DNA of 64,000 nt from Bilabrum cf. latius. Lineage: Eukaryota. The notes beneath the pieces are model-generated. The model was not told the DNA's origin and did no database searches. It saw only the letters and a program-made list of their open reading frames with translations. Location of the stretch: assembly GCA_965178125.1 (NCBI GenBank), contig OZ237743.1, positions 558,001-622,000 on the forward strand, written 5' to 3'. The position numbers were made by a program, and so were the translations under genes. This document shows, one piece after another, positions 46,031 to 58,206 of this stretch; positions within the stretch are counted from its first letter, which is position 1; each line of letters begins with the position of its first letter.

Positions 46031-47914
46031 TGGTTTGATGAGCGCAAGGGATATTATTATAGCGACGAATGACGGGCGAATGATTCTGTTTAATGCTGAA
46101 TTAGGCCTCAGCCAGCGGAACCTTGCTAGGCCATACGAACGGAACCTGCTTAGCGGAACAGGTTCCGGAGACTTTCACGACAGCCACACATCACATTTAC
46201 CGGGACTGGTAGTACATCAGTCGCTGCAGAAGCCAAGATAGGGTGTAGGAGTCTCGTGCGCAACATGATCCGCGGATGGATCGGATCGACCGAAAACGCT
46301 ACGGCTGAACACTACCAAGATTCGATCGAATCAATCGCGGGAATCCAGGAAGAGGAACATCCCCAAAACGAAATATTACTGGGATGGACCAAATCGGGAT
46401 CGGCTCTTTTACTGCTTGTTTCGGCGGTATTTGGAGGTCTGTTGGCGGTTGTGGCCAGCGATTCCGGACATCCAGCACGTGCTTGGACACGTTGCTTGTT
46501 CTGCCTCAAGTGTCTGTGTGCATCCGCTGCTCATCAGCGAAACACAGACCCCCATGCGGATCTCACCGTACCCATCAGGGATGCTGGAGACGGCCAAGGC
46601 TGCCAGCAGACCACTGCGACTGCTGCAGGGACGTCAATCGCGAGGCAGGAGCTCGGGGCGCGCGAGTCTGCCAGTGGCTACGGGACAGTGCAATCTGATG
46701 CCTCGAACAAGACACACGATGCCGGTACTCCATAGGAAGTGTCTCAATGCCTCGTTCTAGCCCAGCTTCTTGCAGCTGGGGTTGTTCTTGCCGCTGCTCT
46801 GGTGCACCTGCTGCCTGACGCGGCCGATGCGGCTAGCACGCTGCTGGGCTCCTGCGAGGGCGACGAGGACTGCGACGAGAGCTTCCCGATCGGGCACGCG
46901 ATCGCGGGTATCGCATTCGTGGTAGTGGCGGGCGTGGACGCGGCGGCGCACGACTCCGTGCACGCAGGTGCATTGCATGCAGGTGCACCGTCAGCAACCG
47001 CTGGCACGCCGGCCCTCCCCCTGCCTGCAACACCGCATCCTTTCGCAGCATGCCCGCAAATCACCGAGACCATGCGGGTGGCAGCTGACTCGGAACAGGT
47101 GCTCGGTGGCGAGCACGGGGATGCTGAAGATGAAGAAACGGAGGAGCTCGTGCCCTCCTTCGGCATGTCCAAAGCAGACCAACTCGGGGCGGCCAGCACG
47201 GGCGTGATCTTCGTGCTGGCTCTGGTGCTGCACTCGTCACTCGCAGGTCTGGCCGCGGGAGCCGCCACGGATCCCCGCTAGCTGCTCGGGGTTGTGGTGG
47301 CTCTGGTGGCGCACAAGTGGCTGGCCGCCTTTGCACTGGGGCAGCAGCTGCTGCGGGCAGTGGCTGGCCTCGGCTGGCGCATGGCACTGGGTCTCTTCTT
47401 TGTATTCGCGCTGTCTACACCGATCGGCGTGGGTGTGGGGGCTGGGCTGCGCGCAGCTGCCAGCGGCTTCAACGCAGATGGGCCGCTGGTGGGCGTGCTG
47501 CTGGCAGCTGCAGCCGGCGCGTTCCTGCAGGTGGCCATTCAGGAGATGGTGGCGCCTCCGCTGGGCAGAAGGCTGCAGGTGGGGGAGCATCCGTGCTTCT
47601 GCTGCATGCCGGGCCGGTGGTCCTGTTGCGGGGGAAAAGGCACCGGGAGGACACCGCGTGGTGGTTCAGGAGAGGGCGAGGGCGGCACTGGTGGTGGTGG
47701 CGCGATGCATGCGGGTGCTCGTGATGACAGCCACGGCGATGACGCCGGGACGACCGGCTTCCTGGCTGGAAACAGGACCGTGAGCGATACTGTGGGAGGA
47801 AGGGACGGCGGTGTGTCCGGGGCATTTGGCGCTCTTCTGTGGTCTGGGAGCAAGATCGCTGCGCTTGGGCTGGGATTTGGCGCCATGTCTTTGCTGGCAG
47901 TGTGGGTGTGATGG
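44503..47914 (+). repeat. Direct repeat blocks between the ZIP paralogues: ~44503-44721 matches ~46735-46953; ~45210-46033 matches ~47091-47914
   Basis: Near-identical nucleotide blocks at offsets 2232 and 1881. Confidence 0.95.
46265..47911 (+). CDS. ZIP (SLC39/ZRT-IRT) metal transporter, copy 2 (tandem paralogue); TAG read as sense
   Basis: Same motifs as copy 1; TAGs at 46733 and 47279; ends TGA. Confidence 0.88.
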
Positions 47915-48057
47915 GTGGATGTGCTCCGCGTGTTATCCATGGAGACACAAAGGCGCCATAAGTGCGACCACACCGCACTCATCACTCGACGAGTCATGCG
48001 ACCGCCGGATTCAATGACCGGTAGCTTGCACAGAATTAAGCCTTCTTCTACGAGGGT

Positions 48058-51000
48058 ATGGCAGAAATTCAATCCGAAACACCATTTTGGACGTAAGAAC
48101 CCTCTTTGATCTGGTCCTAATTACGTCTCAATGTCGTACACATTGCTTCTTTTGGCCTTGCAATTTGATCCGTTCGCAGGACCCTTAAATCTCCTGGTGG
48201 TGCATCACACCCACGAGTCCTCCATGGGTATTGCAGCGCGCGCGTAGGTCCATTTTTGTTTATCTTTGGAGGTGTGGCAAATCGTGGCGGCGAGGCAAGC
48301 CGAGGACGATTAAGGCGAATGCGAGACGGCCGCGTCATGGATGGCACTGCGCTCGGGAAGCAGCGCACTAACGAATTGTATTGCTTGCACCTGGGCACAA
48401 GCGAGTGGGTTGGAGTGCTTCCCTGTATTCCGGAGGGCGGTATGCCGGGTGGTCTGTACGTGGGATCTGATGCATTGAGCGGCAGCGCTTGCCTCGATCG
48501 TAGCGCGTACAAGGCTGCAAAATCGGAGCAGAGGGTAGCCAAAGGGTACAATGGAAGAATCAAGTAGCAAGTCATGCCATCGTCAGGCCCTCTATTACAA
48601 GTTGCCGCGGCTACAGAGCTGGATGACGCTGTGCAGCGAAGTATTGCGCTCGCGAAAGCCGAGAGGCGAGCCAAGTCTCCCGGATCACAGTCGGACGAAG
48701 GCACCCACACAACCCCAAAACCAAAATTCAAGCGAAACACGAACACCGTGATCGCAGATCATGCCGTCCGGGGCGCTCGCCCCCCGCAGCTGCTGCCGTC
48801 TGGTGCACACGCAGTGGCAACCGGTGATCAAGCCCTACGCATGAGTGAGCAGGCCAGGCGACTGCTCCAGGTGATCACCACTAAAGGCAGGCAGGTCCTC
48901 CCCAGCGCTCGATCGAGCGCAGCAATGTGCGCAGTTGGGCGCACCTTGTTTGTGATGGGAGGAGAAAGCGATGTCTAGCTGCCAGGGGACTCCAGCGACT
49001 CGGAGGAGAGCGGGCCCGATGGGGGGAATCTCGAGTTCCAGGGAAATTCCCTTGGGGGAACCGGGGGCGCGCAAGATAGCACCACCACAGATGACGACTC
49101 TAACAGTGACAGCGGGAGCGGCGATGCCATTCGGGGAAATGACCGCGATGACACGAGAACTGGAGCGAGGTGGACCAGAAGGGCGGGCGATGTGCTCAAC
49201 AGGCAGACGGGAGGGAAGCCAGTCATGCTGGCGCAGGCGGCTGGGAAAGAAGCCCCTCCGGCAAGAAGTGCGCTTAGGAGCAGTGCGGCTAGCAAAGGCG
49301 CGCAGTCGACCGCGGGAGCCACCGGGGTGTCATTCGAGGGCACAAGAGGCAGGGCAAGGACATTGTCGTCTACTCGCAGATTGCCCGGTGATGAATCCAG
49401 TACCAGCGATGACGAACCACCGGATCCTACCGACGTTCATGTAGCTAAAGCGCGCGCCCGAGCCAAGCAGAGGCGCCGGGACCTTCAGTTTGCCGCATCC
49501 AAGGGAGGCCCAGGTGGCTTCATGAAGGCAAAGGCTGCGATGAGCGGTAGGAACCTTGCAGACATGGCAAGCAGCACGCGGAAGGGTGGTGGGGGCGGCC
49601 TCGCGCAGAGTGGTGGTGTTGGGCAGGTGCGGCGCCAGAGCCACGCCGATCTCTGGACCTTCGATTGCCAGACTTTGCGGTGGAAGCTTGCGTGGAAGGG
49701 GAGGGCAAGTGGCGCTCTAGCATCTGCTAGACAGGCCACCCCACCTGGTCCCAGTGGCAGAAGAGGGCACTCGATGAGCCTTTGGGCTGCATCTGGCGGA
49801 GAAATTGAAGCACTTGAGGCAGTGGCGAGCGGCGAGCCCGTGCCCGTGCCGAATAACTAGAGCTCCACGCCGCCCCAAGGCTCCCACCGGACAGCCGATG
49901 GCGGGAAGCCAAAGGCTGCAGTGAGGAGGGTTGGTGGCCGCCGGCGCTCAATCGTACAGATCGATCGTTCGAGCTCCGCTGTGCAGAGCGAGAGCTAGAC
50001 GTTGGAGAAGGAGAGGACGAGAAGGAGGCCAGTCCTCGTGATATTTGGGGGCATTGGTCACGGGGAGAGCGGTGTCAACTCTCGCCTGAATGACCTGCAC
50101 ATGTACGACGTAGAGCAGGAGCGTTGGCTAGCACTACCGCACCGCGTGGCAGGGACCGGCGGTTTCGGTGATGGTGCAGGGCACGGTAGTGCCTCCATGC
50201 TACCCGGTGCTCGCAGCGGCCACTCCGCCTTTGTCCACGATGGAATGCTGTGGATCTTCGGAGGCTACACCAGGTGGGGCTCTGCAAATGATCTTTGGTG
50301 CCTCCCTCTGGACGGGCCGCTGCCAGGCAGTGACCCAAAGAAGCACGGCTATCGGTGGCGATGCATCCACCGAAACGTGTTCTGGCCCGCCATGCATTCT
50401 CAAGTGACCGATGGATTCGGAAGCAGAGTGGGGCTGCACGCAGGTCAATCCGTGGGTGACGACTCGTGGCTGTTCACTCCACTGGGTGCGCAAAGTAGCA
50501 TGTCGAGCACTGGTGGGACCTCACGGCCAGTGACCGGAGGACTCGCAGCTACGTCCACTGTCCTCCTTGCGAGCAGGGCGGAGTGGCAGGTGAAGCTCAT
50601 GCAACATGCTTCCTCTCTGCTGGCAGAGGTGCCCGCGCGTCGGGCAGGCGCTGTCATCGTGCCGGATCCCCGCAATGCGGGAGCATTTTTGCTTATCGGC
50701 GGCGTGGCGGAGGGTAAAGAGCACCCCACTGTGCAGCAATGGTCGCTCGGACAGCCACCCGATCGAGCCGGGATTGCCGTGTGGCGATGTTGGGCCCCCC
50801 AGCTTATTCGCAGGCAGCTATAGCGGGAGCGCGAGAGCGCGGCCGCCGCTCAAGACCAGGTCACGGCGCTGGGCACCGTGCCTCGATGCACCCCCGCATC
50901 GCGAGAGTTCGCCGGGGTGTCACAGAAGTACTTGTGGGGTGCCTCCAAAGATGGTAAGCGGATCCGAGCAAGCGCCCGTCTGGCCCTCAGGCTCCTTGCT

Positions 51001-54000
51001 GCCAGTGATGTGGACCTTCGGACGGAGCTGAGAGCCATGGTACAAGAGGAAAGTGGGGATCCGAGTTTGGCTGCAAGAGGCAGCGGCAAGCTGGCATAGG
51101 CTATTTAGTCATTGGGCGTGCCGTGGGAGGAGCGGGGCTCCTCGTTTCTGGGCAAATGCAAGCTGGACAAGGCCATGTCGGCATGGCTCGTGAACGAATC
51201 GGCCGTTCGCGATGTTATTCATGCCGCTCGGACGGAGGCCGACCGGATAGTGACAGAGTTGAAGCGGATCATTTCCGTGGGTGGCGACCCCGGCGATCCA
51301 TCCACCCACAGCACCGCCGGCGTACTCAGGCCAGGGTCCGCGTTGCAGGCTATCTCTAGCCGGCAGTCGAGTCGATCCGCTGGCAGCAAGCGGTCCATGT
51401 TCGAAGCCCTCACCACAAAAGGGGAAGATGACGACCCGCCCCTGTGGCAGCGCGTCTACCCGGAGACTGCGTTGGACGGTTCCTCGGAATACGGCGAGAC
51501 GATGCTGCCTGCTGGCGTCCCTTCGACCTCCAGGGCAGTGCACTGCATCCTAGGAAAGAACCGGTTCTCTAAGCGGCGGCACGGTGCCCAGCAGGAGGAG
51601 CGTGGGTTTGTGGCTGCGGTGTCGCTGCGCCCTGCAGACACTCGATCGGCAGAGGCCTTCAGTCACGACCCGCAGCAAGAGCTCCTCTCTGCCGCTCGGT
51701 GGCGAGACCAGTTGAAAGACGCAATGAGGTTGGCTCCTGTGCCGTCTGACGGTGGATTGTAGCCTGGTTCAACGACCACAAGGCAAGCTGCGTCCTCCTC
51801 TACGCCGCAAACTGGCACTGCCCAGGGATCGTCAATCAAGGCTGTCTCAGGTAGAGGCTCGCCCACGCTTGACGAGCTGAAGGAGATGGAAAAAGGCGGA
51901 AGACAGGGAGCAATATCTGGCCGAGGCGGCTCCATAGAGCGGCGATCGATGAATCCGCGCGATGCCGTCAGGGTGCTCGTCGTAGGGGGGTCTGTCAAAG
52001 CGTAGCACGACGCCGACAATGAACGCCCCGTTGGAAGCCTCGCCAGCTCGCAGGAGCTGTGGTTGTGGGAACCAACTGCCGTTGATATTGCCAGCATCAA
52101 GGACGTGGAAGGGATCGCGATCGATAAGCTGCGCAAACGCTCAACCGAGCTGCCTGCCTCTGCTGGACCCATGCCGCAGGCATATTGGGACAAGAAGGCC
52201 AAGTGGCAGGCACAGGAACAAGGCCTCAAGCTGCTTGCAAAGCGAGAAGCAGACAAGCTGAGGAGGAGCCCGTGGAATGCTAAGAAAGCTGACCGGTAGA
52301 AAACAGCAAGCAAAGCCCGTCCCAGACGCAAGCTATAGATCGCTGGAAATCTTGGTCCCCAGCATGGGGATCGCGATCGCGATCGCGAGTTGCCTCCCAG
52401 CGCACTGACCCAGCTGATTGAGGAGAGAAAGGCCTTTCTTGAGCAAGGAGCTACGGGCCCGCCAGACCCATAGCTGGCCCCTACTCTTGCGGCCGCGATG
52501 GCTTCGCAAGACAAGCGCGGCAGACCAGGCGCAATCACGCCCATCGACCGGTCGACCCCTACCGCTCGGAACGACTCCACGCGAAGCATCTTGCAGAACG
52601 TGGGACTGGATGACGGCGGATCCATGACCGAAAACCAGCTCGTGTCCGACTCTCTCTACGGGGCATCAAGCCAGCTGCTCGAGTCGAGGTCGGGAAGAGA
52701 GACGTCCAGACGGGCGCAGCACGGCTCGACCTCGAGACTGTTCCAAGTGCGAGCACCGGGAGCAGCGGGACATGGGCTGCAGCAGCAGTCCATTGGGGGT
52801 GACACGGCGCACGGTCTGTTTGGAGGCGAATCCACAGCGACGCTTGGAGGTGGTGCCCACACGCTCGCCCTGGCCTCTTATCTTGCTCCTCACAGAGACC
52901 GCTCCCTAGTGGCCCCGCAACGGTCCAAGGCCGGTCTGCCTCAAGAACCTATTCTGCCGCTGCCTCTGGAAGACGCCAAGGGCGTGAGCGTGCAGGCAAG
53001 ACTGGTCCCAGCAGGGACCATCGTTTCAAGCGCTGGCGTCCCTCTGCAGCCCGACTGGGCACCGGCCTCGACCAAGACCACGGCCGGCGGCACTCGCCTG
53101 GAATCGAAGTCGCAGCGGCAGGCACCGAGAGCGAGGCGAGCTGGTAGCCCCGGAGGCTCTCCTGCTGGAAAACACGGCACGAGTCCCAGCACGAGCGGTC
53201 GCAGCAGATCTAGATCGCGGTCAACGTCCAGATCCAGGAGCCGTGCTGGGTCTGCCAGCGAGGAGGTCGGCGCTGTGCACGTGTCTGAGGCGCATGCAAC
53301 CACTCCCGGGCACAGAGGCGCGGCTCCCACCATATCTGGACCGCACAGCGAAGCAGAGACACTGCTGGCAGCGAAGGAACAGGCAGATGCGAAGCGCTTG
53401 CTGTCGCAGGCAGCCAAGGGAATTGGGCTTGGTCGCAACCGAGACAAGCACAAGGAGGGCAGCCTCTACCATAGCGAGTCGCCCATCCAGGCGGCCACGA
53501 GGGCCGAGCGCGAGTCGCTCAAATCTCGGCAAAGCAGAAAGGAGGCCAGGGAGCAGCGGGCGAGGTTGGTTGGCGTGCGGACGCCCACGAGTGCCGAGAG
53601 GTCCGGCGTTGTGGCCCTAGAACGGGCCCTCGGAAACGCAAGCCACGCGGGAGTGAAAGGGCCTCGCGGGAGGCGCTCTGCTTCCTCTCGCGGATCTTAG
53701 TAGCGGCCCGGGACTGGGATGAGCGCGGGCTCCTCCTTGCTTCAGACTTACGAGACTATTCGAGAGGATGACAACGATAGCGGCTTTGCTCCGTCTGCAG
53801 TTGGTCACGAGAGGGCAGATAGGGGCACTGACTTCCGTCTAGAGCACCATGCCCTCCCGGATGCCCCGGCATCGGGGAGACAATCTGCCGAAGCATAGCA
53901 GGCCACCACGCCAGTACCACGTGCTGGTGGGTCCTTCCCGCACATGTCTCCTTTGAAGCGGCCGGGCGCCTAGCAGGGCCAGCCCCGCGGTTTCGAGCCG

Positions 54001-57000
54001 GTGGCTGCACGGGAGAAGCACAGCCCCAAGGGAAGAGGAATCGTCACCGCAGAGTTTGTCGCACCCCCAACGGAAGCTCCCCGCAAGTCTTCTGACCTCT
54101 TTTCTTCCGAGGACGAGGACGCAAGCGGGAGCAGCAGAGCTCGTGACGGCTCCGTTGGCTCCATGCCCAGTCCGACGCTCGGCCCGAGGGCACCCCCCAG
54201 TCCGTCGAATGCGAGCGGGAGGCCCTTCACAGCGTTTTCAGCGAGTCGAAGCAACTTGACAATCCCCAACGGAAATTCAGACGTCCGCGGCCGATCGCGC
54301 CCTGCTGATAGCGGCACTCAATCCAGCAGCCGGGATCGGCACGGCAAAGCAGCAGCACCGGCTGTGGCTCTTCGCGATAGCGTCACCCCCAATGAGTCGT
54401 AGTTCGATGATGTTGACCAGCGATCAATCCCCTCCAATAAAGAGCGTCACAGCCGATCGGCTCGCAGCGCTGCCGGCAACTCTGTGACGTTCGACTTTGA
54501 CGGGTTCAGGGTCGCTGCAGGAACGCCTGAGGGCGACGAGAGGTTGCAGCAGGCATCGAGTCAAGTAGGCAGCGGTGAGCTGCCTTCCATTGGAGGGTCG
54601 GCGTTGGAGTCGCTTCGACCAGGCAGCCGGCAGGGTGGCCAGTGGGAGGCTCGCAGCTCCAGTCGTTTGTCATCGTCCAGAAAAGGCCTCAGGATCTCCA
54701 CGGAGGGCAGCAGCGACGCGGACGGCGACGAGGACGTGGTGCCAGCTGCTGGTCGAGGAACCGCAGTCGCTGCTGCTGCGGCAAAAGCACAGCTCCTGTC
54801 TCCAATGAATGCGGCTGCCGCCGTGCTGGACGACGACGATGCCGTGAGCTCCGCATTAGGGCGCCCTGGCACGCACGAGCACCAGCAGCAAGCTGGTACC
54901 TTGCTTCGGTCCTCAACGTCTGTCGGCACGCCCCTCACTCCAGCTGCTGACGGCCATCTGTTCCCCATGACAAGCCCTATGGCTAACAGCGTGCGACCAG
55001 GAAGCAGTTCCTCATCCGTCCGGTCCATGCTCGGTGCTAGCGGCATGGTGGAAGGGGGATGGCGTCCTGAGACTGGCGGCTCCATGCGGAGCACGATAGA
55101 CAACAAGCTACTCCGCAGCATGTTGAAGAAATCCGGCCACAGGCTTCAGACTCCGCAAGAGGCGGCGCTGCTGCGTCAGACGGATGATGCGAGGCTGGGT
55201 GGGGTGGAACGCGCGCGCTCGATCAGCTCCAGAGGCAGCCAAGGGGGCTGGGTGGGCCGCAGCGCCTCCCCCTCTCGCTCTGCAGGGTCCCCTTCCATGG
55301 ACGGCCATTCTAATTCCGACGGAACCTCTCACAGAGCCCACACGCCACTGCCGTTGTCGCCATCTGGAAGTGCCGAACCGTCCCATCCGGACGTCGAATA
55401 CACCAGAGCGAATGTTGGTCAGCACCCCGGTGAAGCACGGCCGACTCGAGCGCCGCACCACCAGGCAGCCGGGCCCATGCCATCCCTTCACACCCTCCCA
55501 TCCCCCGCGGGTGGATCGAGGGGAGATGCCCCTGCCACGGAGACGGGTGGGATGAGGACGTTCAGCTACAGCGAGCAGTCGCTGCAGTCGCGGGAGGACG
55601 AGACCCCAGCTAGGCACGGATCGAAGCTTCGATCTATGGCACCGCCGGGCCAGCGCAGTCGCGAATCGTTGCCACCGCCCGGTGAGCAGTGGAGGTGGCA
55701 CGGGCCGCTGCCTGGCGAGGCGCTGGAGCAGAGCGGGCTGGTCCCCCGGCAATCGCTGCTCGACGCGACGGAGCAGAGCAAGCTGGTGGAGGAAAAGCAG
55801 AAGATCTCGAGGACTCACGGCCCCATCGGGGCGGGCGGCAAGGCGTTTGCCGAGCACCACGTCGGGAGCACCATGCAGGCGTCGAGGATTAAATTGGACG
55901 AGACGGGATTCGATGGATCTCGACCCTCGGCCGCCGGCAGGCCAAGCCTCGCGCGTGCGCTGTCGCCTGCCCTATATAGCGCCGATGTGGAGGGAGGCAA
56001 GCCACCCCCACGGGCTTCGGGTCACCTGGCGTACGGGGATGACGACGAGCACGATGATGACCACCAGCTCAAGTCCATGAGTCTAAACCTGAGGACAGAC
56101 CCGACCAGGGTGCCGCCGTCGGCGCACGTGCCCGACCGTCACCTCAGGGCCCTAGCCGCCGCAGCGAGGGCGCAGCGGCGGGGCGACGAGGAAGATCAGA
56201 CTGTTCGAGCTCTCATGCGGACCAAGCAGGTGGACGGCTACCGGGAGCAAGCGAGACTAGGAGGTGCCGTTCCTTCTGGATACGCGGCGGACGGCATGTC
56301 TCGGCGGCACCACGACAAGAAGAGGTTCAAGCAGACCAGCAGTGGCAGCGGCGGCGGAATCGGAAGTGGAGGTAGGCTAGCCACCAGCCTGCGGTCATCA
56401 GGCACTTCGGCCGAGTCTCCCGCCGCGCGAGACTTGTGGGACAACGCATCGGCCGAGGGAGACGACTCGAGCTCCTCAGACGAGGACCGAGAGGTGCCAA
56501 CCTTTTCCATGCGCAGGCGCAGGGCGGCAGGGCACGGTGGCAGCGGTGCAGCAACCAGCAGCAGCACGTCGCTCGAGTCAAAGACAGCGCCGAGCCAGAC
56601 CAGATCAGACAAGGGACAGAAGTCCACCAGAACCGCGCGCGGACCACGGCACGAGAGCAAGGAGCAAGGCGAGGACACGTGGGCGGGCAGGGGCCGAGGG
56701 CCCGTGAGCGTCATCGTGGAAAACGGTCCCATCGCGCTGGACGTCTCGCTGGCCGCCGAGGCGGAGCGCCACGCCCTCAGGGAACAACGAGAGGCAGGAA
56801 TCGCGACTAGGAGGCGCCAGAGCGGCGCTGCCACCGAGCTGTCCGAATCGGCTACCCGACGGGACGACAGGCACGTGCCGGATGCGCCCAGGGGAACAAC
56901 GGAGGGCAGCGCGGCGCACCGTCGAGCCGCGTTGTCCGCCGGTCTATCGACCAAAGACGCCCCCGTCGGGTCGGGCGGGGCCGTGCGCGCCGTGGCACGG

Positions 57001-58161
57001 GCCATGGCGGCAGCTGCAGCTCACGGCTCGGCATCGATGGCGCGCGGGGCCGCGGGCGGCTTGCAGCAGCACCGCCGGAATCAGGCGGCCGCAGCTCAGC
57101 TGGCCATGCAGCGGCGGGCGATGGCTCTGCAGCGGCGAACAGGCGGCAGTTCTACTAGTGGCAATGGCAGAGGATACACGAAGTCTGGTCGCAGGCCGGG
57201 CCATGCAATGCTGGATGCCTCCAGCTTCGAGACGAGCGCCGCCGTTGCCAGTGCGTTCCGCAGCGGCGCCGACGGCAGGGCAGGGGACCGCACGGTAGCC
57301 GCTGCATTTGACGACCGAGGGGCGGTACGGCCTGCGGGCAGTCACCGCGGTGGTAGAGGTGCTATGGGTGGGCTGGGTAGGCTGGCGGACCCGAGCGGGA
57401 CGGGAGTGTCCCTGAGGCCCAGCACGGTGGGGCACGTTGGCAGGGTGCTGCGGGGACGGAACTCCGCCGAGCCTGCGCGCCGGAGTGACGAGTGGAGCGG
57501 CGGGGTGGAGGCCGCCGAGGCCTTGCGAAGGGCAAGGCATGCGGCTCTGTCCAACGTGCTAAGGAGGGAAGGGGTGCGGCCGTCGAGCGCCATTGGTGAC
57601 GGTCGCAATGCGGACGCCGGGATGAGGAAACAGCCCCAGCCCTACGCGAGCGTGCTGGCACAAAACGCGATCCGGGAGGCGGGGGCCACGGCGGCATGGC
57701 AGGGGGGCGGGCACGCCGACGGTTCCATCAGCGGGCAGCGGGCGGTGGCCAGCGCCTTCGACGACCCCATACCCGCGCCGCACCTTGGCTCGCTCAGGGC
57801 AGCCACGCGAAGGGTGGGTCTGGCGGCTGGTCCCGCGGGGTCTAGGGTGCAGCGCCTTGCAGAGGAAGCGGCGCTCCATGGACGACCGCTGCGGGAGGCG
57901 CTGCGAGCAGCCGACGCGTACGAGGCGGTTTCGGTGGCGACCCGCAGCACCCTGCGGTCCGCGGGCGGCGGGTCTGTGCTGGGTGGTGTGGAGGAGGCAC
58001 GCGGAGCGCTGCAGGCGGCCGCAAGGGCTGGCCTCTCTGCCAGCCGTTCCGCTGTGGCGCTGCCTTCGAGGCAGAAGCTGGGCGGGTAGTCGGGTGGCGG
58101 CGGCAGCAGAGGCAAGTCGCGCGCGAGAATGCGGCGGACCAGGCTGGGCTACATGGCGTGA
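48058..58161 (+). CDS. Giant Kelch-repeat protein with very long Ser/Arg/Gly/Ala-rich disordered C-terminus (~3340 aa); exons 48058-48092 and 48180-58161; TAG read as sense
   Basis: One frame over 48181-58161 with about 18 TAGs and no TAA/TGA until TGA 58159. Kelch motifs VGPFLFIFGG, ARSSAAMCAVGRTLFVMGG, DLWTFD, RRGHSM, LVIFGG..LNDLHMYD, ARSGHSAFVHDGMLWIFGG..NDLW. First exon inferred from an 87-nt GTAAG...GCAG intron (48093-48179). Confidence 0.82.
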
Positions 58162-58206
58162 AGGTACAGGCTAACTAATATCTGTACTATCTTTGCAAAA
58201 CTATCA

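Noticed and set aside
46265-47911. ZIP copy 2 as a pseudogene with two nonsense mutations
   Set aside because: Both stops are TAG, which is sense throughout this window, and all transmembrane motifs are intact.
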